Of a DNA stretch of 31,401 bases, positions 1 through 6,893 are shown in pieces. Both the position numbers and the translations under genes were made by a program. The stretch's first letter is position 1, and every line of letters starts with the position of its first letter. The notes beneath the pieces are model-generated. The model ran no database searches. It saw nothing but the letters and a program-made list of their open reading frames with translations, and was not told the DNA's origin. Where the stretch lies: NCBI GenBank assembly GCA_043810925.1, contig JBDRNT010000071.1:1-31401 (forward strand), in the 5' to 3' direction. Source of the DNA: Candidatus Eiseniibacteriota bacterium (GTDB lineage Bacteria > Arandabacterota > Arandabacteria > Arandabacterales > Arandabacteraceae).

Positions 1-456
1 TGGAAATACCAGTTCGGTGTGGTCACGAAACGCAAGTATGTAACCTCCCACTATCACTGTCTCTATGTGTGCAAGAATGAGAGGAAAAGGAAGTTCTTCC
101 CGTTCTCCAGGTACTGTCAAAGGTCAAAAGACGAGGCGGGCCGCAGTCTGCACTACAAGGACAAGGAGGATGTCTGGCTGATAAAGCGCGAGTACTGGAA
201 CGGGGATCAGAAGACGCCCACCAAACTCCCTTCAGAACTCATCGAGAAGATACTGATGTACTCAAGCGAGGAAGGCGACATTGTTCTCGATCCTTTCCTC
301 GGATCCGGCCAGGTAGCAGTAGTAAGCAGGATGCTCGGACGAAAGTACATCGGCTTTGAAGTAGTCAGGGACTACTACGACTTCGCCAGTAAGCGCCTCG
401 ATCAAGGTCTCTACCGGATCAAGGACGAATCCCGAACCGCGCAGGCGAACCCTTAG
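1..456 (+). CDS. Site-specific DNA methyltransferase (N6/N4 family), C-terminal part, 5'-truncated by the window edge
   Basis: Frame 1 is open from base 1 (WKYQFGVVTKRK...). It contains PTKLPSELIEKILMYSS-EEGDIVLDPFLGSG-...-GRKYIGFE, i.e. SAM-binding motif I near the C-terminus, as in beta-class N6/N4 MTases. Confidence 0.9.
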   Translation, partial: WKYQFGVVTKRKYVTSHYHCLYVCKNERKRKFFPFSRYCQRSKDEAGRSLHYKDKEDVWLIKREYWNGDQKTPTKLPSELIEKILMYSSEEGDIVLDPFLGSGQVAVVSRMLGRKYIGFEVVRDYYDFASKRLDQGLYRIKDESRTAQANP

Positions 457-517
457 ATCAACTCCACCGCTCAATTGCCGGCATCATCCCCTGAAACGCT
501 TAATTTCAAGACCTGCC

Positions 518-547
518 CCCCGGGGCATTAGCCCCGGGGCATTAGCC
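518..547. repeat. Two tandem 14-bp copies (CCCCGGGGCATTAG) with palindromic cores; possible terminator between convergent genes
   Basis: Bases 518-531 and 532-545 are identical. CCCCGGGG is self-complementary, so the two copies can also pair as a hairpin. Located at the stop codon of the sigma-54 activator. Confidence 0.5.
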
Positions 548-3475
548 TGGTTTAAGCGGTATGCCGAGGCGCTTCATCTTGCCGATCAGCGCTGGACGGC
601 TTATGTCCCCGAGCAACCTCGCAGCATGTGTCTTGTTCCAACCGCACTTCATCAGGGCGGCCATGATCCTCCGTCGCTCAACAGATCTCATCTCCTCTTT
701 GAGACTGCCGCGCGACCGCCCATCGGCCTCGTCCCGTGTTCCCGTAACACAGGGTGAAAGCGTCTCAAGGTCTATGGTCTCGCCTGCCCCGACAAGCGTA
801 ACGGCCTTTTCCATCTCGTTCTCCAACTGGCGGATGTTTCCCGGCCAGTCGTAGGTTGTGAGTATCCGCATTGCATCGTCGGCTATCCCCGCCACGGACT
901 TGACTGTCTTCGCGGCAAACCGCTTGAGAAAGAGACGCGCAAGGATCTCGACGTCTCCATCCCGATCCCTCAGCGGCGGGAGCGACACCGATACGACATT
1001 CAACCTGTAATAGAGATCACGTCTGAACCGGCCGTGCTCGACCTCGACCTCGAGGTTCTTGTTGGTCGCACTTACGAAACGGGTATCAATCTGGCGTGTG
1101 GCCGTGTCTCCAAGTCTTCGTATCTCTCCGCTCTCAATGGCTCTGAGCATCTTCGCCTGTATGGCTCCGCTCACATCACCCACCTCATCCAGAAAGAAAG
1201 TCCCGCCGCTGGCCACCTCAAGCAGCCCCTTCTTATCTCCCCTCGTGCCCGTGAATGCGCCTGCCTTATGACCGAAGAGCTCGCTCTCAAGAAGTTGCTC
1301 CGGCAAAGCAGCACAGTTCTGCACCACGAAGGGCCGGTCCCGCCGCTTGCTCAGTATATGGATCGCCCTGGCCACAAGCTCCTTCCCGGTACCGGTCTCA
1401 CCCGTGATCAAAACGTTGGCGCTTCCTTCGGCAATGCGTTGAAGCGACAGCAGAATCTCCTTAAGCCGGGCATCAGCAGTGACCATCCCGGCGATACATA
1501 TGGGCTGGAAGGCATCTACCGGTGGCCGTATGGCCCCCTCGAAGACGGGTATCACCCGGCAGATTTCGTAGTAGGCTCTCACGAGCAGCGACGTACCCGG
1601 ACCCACACCACCCATCCGTCTGCGGTTCTTCCCCCAGCAGGCAATCAGCAGACCCGTTGATCCGCCCCTACCCAACCGTACGGCGAGCAACGAACCAAGA
1701 CTATCACGCAGACTATCCTCACTGAGCAGCCCGGCTACGTCCGTAACAATGACAGGATCGCCATCACTTCCTGCCACCACCCGTGCCAGTTCAATTGCAG
1801 CATCGCTGGGTATGCCCCATGCTTTGATAATCTGTGGCTCCCGCTCCTTATCCAACCTCAGGAGACACATCCCGCTGGCTTCGAGCCGGGAAGAGAGCAG
1901 GGAGAAAGCGGCATCCACCGATACAGGCCTATCCCGGTCGATGAGGACAAGCCTGTGGGACAGGCGGGAGTCGATTCTCGATCCGGCCTGTGAGATCATC
2001 TTACTCTCGACAGGGTCCCCGCATGAGATCGCCCTGGCATCATCAAGACAGGTCATTGCCTGCTCGTGCTGCGACATGTCAGCATACACCATAGCCAGAT
2101 CGCAGAGCGCTCTCAAGCGCCACCGGCGGGCATGACACGCCCTGAAGGCGAGGATCGCCTGTTTGAGATATCCGGCTGAGGCGCGGGTGTCGTGTGCCAT
2201 GATGCGTGATCTCGCGTAGACGGTAAGACCGAGCTCCAACCTTGCACCGATGTCGGTGAACAGCTTCTCAGCCATGGCCATCAGCGCCTTTGAATCCACC
2301 CCCTCGACCTTCACCTGTGAGAGGATTCGATAGGCACGGCCCGCTTCGTAGAGATCGCCTGTGTCCTTGGCGATGGCTGCCGCGTCCTCGGCATATCGTC
2401 TCGCATCCTCATGACGTCCAAGAGCAAGATAGACGTCTGCCAGTCTCGACTTGATTTCAGCTTCGACGTCGCGGGCACGTGCAGGAAGCCTGCTGAGAGA
2501 ATTCTCCAGCAGTTCTCTGGCCTGAGGAAGATCACCTCTTTCCAGCAGCAATTCCCCGAAGGTCTCCTCGGCAACAGACACCACGCGCGGATCGTCAAGC
2601 GACCCGGCTTCTGCGAGGGCTGTCTCGCCCATACCGAGAGCCTTATCGAGATTGCCTTTCGCTCTTTCTATCCTCGTGTTGCATATGAGAGCCAGCATCC
2701 GTGTTCTGGCGATGTTGAGCTCCGATGCGATCTTGACGCACTCAGAGACTGCCGTATCGGCCTTCGCGATATCGCCCATCTTAAGTAGTGTGTTTGCTAG
2801 GTTGAGCAGGCGAACCGAGAGACTGGCATCGTCATGGATCTGCCGCGCAGCCTCGACCGCTTTCTCAAGGAACCTGGCGGATTCATCGAGCCGGCAGAGG
2901 TTCTTGTAGACAATGCCGAGGTTATTCAGCGCGTTGCCCAGTGTCTTGATGTCACCGCACATCCTGCCGAAGGTCGCTGCCTGTTCGAGACAGACGATGG
3001 ACTGCTTCCACTTGCACAGTCTGGCCAGTACGTGCCCCAGTACCAGGTAGATGCCTGCATCCTTTTCCCGGTCGGTACCGCCCTCCTCGCCAAGGGCGTC
3101 TTCACACACCCGGGCTGCATCTCCATAGCATCCCAGAAGACAGAGGAGTGTTGCCCGCTCGGCAAGCACGTCACGTCTCTGGCGGCCCGTAAAGGAATCG
3201 GCCACCGCTTCAACAAAAGAGAGGGCCTCCTGTGTTTTTCCCTGACGCCGGAGACACCCCGAGACCTTCAGTACAACCTCCAGTCTGGTCTCCTTGTCTT
3301 CAGTGCCCACCCGTGAGAGTGCGGACTTATAGTAGGCTAGAGCATCCGAGAGATTCCCCACCGACAGGCAGAGATCACCCAGTTTCTCTTCTTTGCTGTC
3401 AAGTCTGGCTTCGTCCCCCTCCCTGGGATACATTCTTCCTTGGAAACAAGCGTGAAATCGCTTGGGATCGTGCAT
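542..3475 (-). CDS. Sigma-54-dependent transcriptional activator with N-terminal TPR repeats and C-terminal Fis-type HTH
   Basis: Walker A GETGTGKE, QNCAALPEQLLESELFGHKAGAFTGT, Walker B FFLDEVGD, FRRDLYYRLNV, WPGNIRQLEN, HTH GWNKTHAARLLGDISRPAL. About 500 aa of TPR-like helices (e.g. ALNNLGIVYKNLCRLDESARFLEKA). The ATG at 3475 follows an SD GGGGAGG; the ORF track extends to TTG at 3484. Confidence 0.92.
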   Translation of the reverse strand: MHDPKRFHACFQGRMYPREGDEARLDSKEEKLGDLCLSVGNLSDALAYYKSALSRVGTEDKETRLEVVLKVSGCLRRQGKTQEALSFVEAVADSFTGRQRRDVLAERATLLCLLGCYGDAARVCEDALGEEGGTDREKDAGIYLVLGHVLARLCKWKQSIVCLEQAATFGRMCGDIKTLGNALNNLGIVYKNLCRLDESARFLEKAVEAARQIHDDASLSVRLLNLANTLLKMGDIAKADTAVSECVKIASELNIARTRMLALICNTRIERAKGNLDKALGMGETALAEAGSLDDPRVVSVAEETFGELLLERGDLPQARELLENSLSRLPARARDVEAEIKSRLADVYLALGRHEDARRYAEDAAAIAKDTGDLYEAGRAYRILSQVKVEGVDSKALMAMAEKLFTDIGARLELGLTVYARSRIMAHDTRASAGYLKQAILAFRACHARRWRLRALCDLAMVYADMSQHEQAMTCLDDARAISCGDPVESKMISQAGSRIDSRLSHRLVLIDRDRPVSVDAAFSLLSSRLEASGMCLLRLDKEREPQIIKAWGIPSDAAIELARVVAGSDGDPVIVTDVAGLLSEDSLRDSLGSLLAVRLGRGGSTGLLIACWGKNRRRMGGVGPGTSLLVRAYYEICRVIPVFEGAIRPPVDAFQPICIAGMVTADARLKEILLSLQRIAEGSANVLITGETGTGKELVARAIHILSKRRDRPFVVQNCAALPEQLLESELFGHKAGAFTGTRGDKKGLLEVASGGTFFLDEVGDVSGAIQAKMLRAIESGEIRRLGDTATRQIDTRFVSATNKNLEVEVEHGRFRRDLYYRLNVVSVSLPPLRDRDGDVEILARLFLKRFAAKTVKSVAGIADDAMRILTTYDWPGNIRQLENEMEKAVTLVGAGETIDLETLSPCVTGTRDEADGRSRGSLKEEMRSVERRRIMAALMKCGWNKTHAARLLGDISRPALIGKMKRLGIPLKPG

Positions 3476-3505
3476 AACATTCAACCTCCCCGCAATGACG
3501 ATTGA

Positions 3506-3793
3506 CTACTTTTCCAAGAAAAAGCTTTTCCCAGAGAAATCGATTGAAATACGTCTCCCCTTCCGTGGCTTTGAAATCCCGCGCGGATCGATCCGCATCG
3601 GATTCTCCCTTGCACCGCCGTGCACACTCTCAAAGGCGATCCTTTTCAAGGCGCCGTCGTCACGCACCCTGGTTGACTCGAATTCGTCCGGATCGCCATG
3701 CCACCTCATGGCCGTGGATCTCCAGTACGCCATGCTGCTCGTTGCCCAGAGCAGAAGGCTCACCGCAACAAGGAGAAGTACGATTCTTCGCAT
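3506..3793 (-). CDS. Small secreted hypothetical protein (~95 aa)
   Basis: Classical signal peptide MRRIVLLLVAVSLLLWATSSMA; SD AAGGGGGTG 5 nt upstream; co-directional with and about 30 bp upstream of the sigma-54 activator. Confidence 0.75.
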   Translation of the reverse strand: MRRIVLLLVAVSLLLWATSSMAYWRSTAMRWHGDPDEFESTRVRDDGALKRIAFESVHGGARENPMRIDPRGISKPRKGRRISIDFSGKSFFLEK

Positions 3794-3815
3794 CAACTCA
3801 CCCCCTTCTCAAGAC

Positions 3816-3873
3816 AAATAGAAAAACGGGAACCCATCCCAAACCTCTTTACAAGGCCTGAGACAGGTTCCCG
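3816..3873 (-). terminator. Intrinsic terminator-like hairpin in the leader of the small protein/activator operon
   Basis: 20-bp stem (3873-3854 pairs with 3846-3827) with a 7-nt loop, followed by TTTTTCTATTT on the minus strand. All 5 non-Watson-Crick positions are G.U pairs on the minus strand. Confidence 0.75.
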
Positions 3874-3908
3874 CGCCTTACGTACCCGCAACCATGTTAC
3901 GAGCCCGA

Positions 3909-3939
3909 TTATTAACTCACAGATACGCACGTTTGTCAA
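3909..3939 (-). promoter_or_regulatory. Putative sigma-70 promoter for the leader/small protein/activator
   Basis: Perfect -35 TTGACA (3939-3934), followed 17-20 nt later by AT-rich GTTAATAAT. The -10 assignment is imperfect. Confidence 0.45.
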
Positions 3940-4063
3940 GTAGAAATCGTTAGCGGTTTGGGAATAGGAAGATACAAGGTGACCCCTCTAGTAGGTTGGG
4001 GAAGAAGTTGAGACGCGGGGCAATGGATGGACATCGCAGAATCTCTCCGGACTGCATTTGAGA

Positions 4064-4092
4064 TTGAGAAAACCGGAAAGTTAGATTAGCAT
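4064..4092 (+). promoter_or_regulatory. Putative sigma-70 promoter giving a leaderless GT4 transcript
   Basis: TTGAGA (4064-4069), 17-nt spacer, TAGCAT (4087-4092), then 7 nt to the ATG at 4100. No SD present. Confidence 0.5.
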
Positions 4093-4099
4093 CGATCCC

Positions 4100-5353
4100 A
4101 TGAACATATCATATCTTGTATGGCTTGAAGACCTGGGTTCCCCAATTCTACGGGGACAGGTAATCGAACTCCTTAAGGAGCTGGTGAGATCACGTCGAGA
4201 GCACACTCTGCATGCCTTCCTCTTTCAACCGCTTCACCGGGTCATACTCCATAGAAAGGCGATCGCGGCCGCATGCACGGACCTCAGGGCTTCCGGAATT
4301 CTGCCGGTCGTCATACCCTGTCTCGTTGTCCCGCGGATAGACCACTTCAGGGCCAGGTGGTTTGTTATGCCGCTCATCTTCCTCCACAGTTTCCCCGCCC
4401 TGCTCTTTCTGACATTGGCACACAGGATCGATATTCTCCACTGCCGTTCATACCCCGTAACCTGGGCGGCGGTTTCGGTCAAGAGACTCACCGGTGCGAA
4501 GGTAGTATTCGACCCGAGATCGGGTTTTCCCGAAGAGAACCTGACGGCCGGCTTCTGGACAAAAGACTCACTCACCCACCGTGCGTGGAAGAGCCTGGAG
4601 AGGAAACTTCTGGCCGAATCGGATGTCACGGTCGCCATTCTTGAAACCTACGTAAGCCACTTCCGGACCATATGTCCGGAGGCAAGATTCCAGGTGATCC
4701 CAAACAATGTGGACACCAACAGGTTTACGCGCGACGATACATTCCGCAAGACGTTCAGACATGACACGGGAATCACCGACGACACGATTGTCTTCTGCTA
4801 TAGCGGCAGCCTCGGCGCCCACTGGCATAATCCCGAAATCTACGCAAGTTTCATGCAGAGCCTGAGGGACTTAAGCGTGCCTCACATGTTTCTCTTTGTG
4901 ACTCCCGAGAAGTCTCTGGTTGAAACCACGTTCCGCCACCGTGGGGTGAGCCCTGAGGAGTACCGCATGGTCAGTTCCGATTTCGCCGATGTCCCCGGGT
5001 ATCTCTCGGCTGCAGATTTCGGCACGATACTCCTGCAGGACTTCAAGCTCGCCATGGGCATAAAAACGGTAGAGTATCTTTCCATGGGGCTCCCTGTGAT
5101 CACCGACACGAACGCGGCCGGCGCGAAGGAGATAGTTGACCGGCACGGGGTGGGCCTCGTGATCGAGGACCGCGATCGCATAGATCTCAAAGCCATAGAA
5201 ACCCTGATCAAGAAGAAGGGTGAGATGTCGCAGAAGTGCAGGAGAGTCGCGACGGAGCGATTCTCAACCACGCGGGTTGCGGCGCAATACGCTCTCCTTT
5301 ACGATACTTTCAGAACAGGTGCCGAGAAGGGCCGGCGTCAGGATGAGGCATGA
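4100..5353 (+). CDS. Glycosyltransferase family 4 (GT-B fold)
   Basis: IDILHCRSY, VIPNNVDTNRF, FCYSGSLG, VPGYLSAADFG, GIKTVEYLSMGLPVITD, C-terminal ERFS...AAQYALLY. Confidence 0.9.
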   Translation: MNISYLVWLEDLGSPILRGQVIELLKELVRSRREHTLHAFLFQPLHRVILHRKAIAAACTDLRASGILPVVIPCLVVPRIDHFRARWFVMPLIFLHSFPALLFLTLAHRIDILHCRSYPVTWAAVSVKRLTGAKVVFDPRSGFPEENLTAGFWTKDSLTHRAWKSLERKLLAESDVTVAILETYVSHFRTICPEARFQVIPNNVDTNRFTRDDTFRKTFRHDTGITDDTIVFCYSGSLGAHWHNPEIYASFMQSLRDLSVPHMFLFVTPEKSLVETTFRHRGVSPEEYRMVSSDFADVPGYLSAADFGTILLQDFKLAMGIKTVEYLSMGLPVITDTNAAGAKEIVDRHGVGLVIEDRDRIDLKAIETLIKKKGEMSQKCRRVATERFSTTRVAAQYALLYDTFRTGAEKGRRQDEA

Positions 5354-6828
5354 TTGCTGAAGAAGGCTTGCAACGGCGTGCGATTAGAGGCGGGTTCTGG
5401 ATATTCGCGCTCCGTATCACCGAGCAGATACTGGCGCTAGTGCGGCTTGTGATTCTCGCGCGGCTTCTCTCCCCGAATGATTTCGCGCTGATGGGGATCG
5501 CGCTGATTACGATCGCGACGATCGACACGCTGACCCAGACCGGTTTTGATGTCGCACTGATCCAGCGAAAGGAACAGACGGAAACCTACCTCGACTCAGC
5601 CTGGACGGTGGGTATCCTGCGAGGGCTTGCTCTCTTTGGGTTGCTCCAACTCCTCGCCCCCTACGCGGCGGGTTTCTTCAAATCGCCGGAGGCCGAAGTC
5701 CTGATCCGGGCAATCGGGATCGCGCTGCTTCTGCGCTGCTTCATTAATATCGGCACGGTCTATTTCCAGAAGGACCTCCGGTTTGACAAGCAGTTCATGT
5801 ACCAGTTCAGCGGGAGGTTCGCAGACTTCGTTGTTGCGGTGATCGCCGTTCTTGTCCTCAGGAATGTCTGGGCGCTTGTGCTTGCCTTTCTCGCAGGCGA
5901 CGCGGCCCGGCTGCTCGTAAGCTATGCAATCCACCCTTACAGACCCAGGCTCAGTCTCAGCATAACAAAGGCGAGAGAGTTGTTCAAGTTCGGGAAGTGG
6001 ATAATGGGCTCAAGCACGGTGCTCTTCTTCCTTAATGAGGGGGACAAGGCGTTCGTCGGCAGAGTGATCGGGGCAACGATGCTCGGTTTCTATCAGGTGG
6101 CCCACCGGATCTCAAACCTGCCCGCGACCGAATTCGCGAATGTGATTGCATTGGTCACGGTCCCGGCCTACTCCAAACTCCAGGACAGGATGGCAAAACT
6201 CAGGGAAGCCTATCTCAGGGTGCTGCAGCTCACCGCTTTCTTCTCGATCCCGCTTGCCGGGCTGGTACTCGTTCTTGCACCCGATCTCACCCGCATCTTC
6301 CTTGGTGAGAAGTGGATGCCCGCTGCACCGGTCATGCAGGCGCTGGCAATATGGGGATCTGCCCGGGCGATCATCTCGACGACGGGTTCGGTGTTCGTGG
6401 CGGTGGGAAAACCCAGGCTTATGACCAAGTACCAGTTCATCCAGCTGTGCGTTCTGGTGGTTCTCATATACCCGATGAGCCAGCGCTGGGGCATGGTGGG
6501 CACGGCCTCTGCCGTTGTGGTTGCCGGGCTGGGAACAAGCATCCTCTTCATGAGAAGCGTTCGCACCATAACGGGATGCAGGATGAGTGAACTGGTGAAG
6601 CTAATATCTTTTCCACTCGGGACCACAGTGCTCGCGGCAACAAGCGTGCTGATTCTGATCAGACTGGAAACCGCAGCGGGGTGGCCCGTCATTGAACTGG
6701 GACTCGCCGTCGGGCTCTACTTAGCGGTCTACCTGGTTACAACATGCATCCTGGGTGGGCCGTTCAACTACAGGGTCGGCTCTCTGATCCGCGAAGTGAT
6801 CGGTGGCATAAGAACCCCGCGGCAATGA
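5350..6828 (+). CDS. Polysaccharide flippase (Wzx/WzxC-like lipopolysaccharide biosynthesis protein)
   Basis: LVILARLLSPNDFALMG, GFDVALIQRK, FQKDLRF, LGFYQVA, IFLGEKWMPAAPVMQAL; many hydrophobic segments; ATGA overlap with the GT4 stop. Confidence 0.9.
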   Translation: MIAEEGLQRRAIRGGFWIFALRITEQILALVRLVILARLLSPNDFALMGIALITIATIDTLTQTGFDVALIQRKEQTETYLDSAWTVGILRGLALFGLLQLLAPYAAGFFKSPEAEVLIRAIGIALLLRCFINIGTVYFQKDLRFDKQFMYQFSGRFADFVVAVIAVLVLRNVWALVLAFLAGDAARLLVSYAIHPYRPRLSLSITKARELFKFGKWIMGSSTVLFFLNEGDKAFVGRVIGATMLGFYQVAHRISNLPATEFANVIALVTVPAYSKLQDRMAKLREAYLRVLQLTAFFSIPLAGLVLVLAPDLTRIFLGEKWMPAAPVMQALAIWGSARAIISTTGSVFVAVGKPRLMTKYQFIQLCVLVVLIYPMSQRWGMVGTASAVVVAGLGTSILFMRSVRTITGCRMSELVKLISFPLGTTVLAATSVLILIRLETAAGWPVIELGLAVGLYLAVYLVTTCILGGPFNYRVGSLIREVIGGIRTPRQ

Positions 6829-6862
6829 AGAACCCCCCGTCCTCCGGAAAGAGAACGGGGGG
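6824..6862 (-). terminator. Intrinsic terminator between convergent genes
   Basis: CCCCCCGTTCTC-loop-GAGGACGGGGGG stem (6862-6833, one G.U on the minus strand), followed by TTCTTCATT. Confidence 0.65.
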
Positions 6863-6893
6863 CGAAACCGAAAGCCCTCCAGGGAAGATCACA

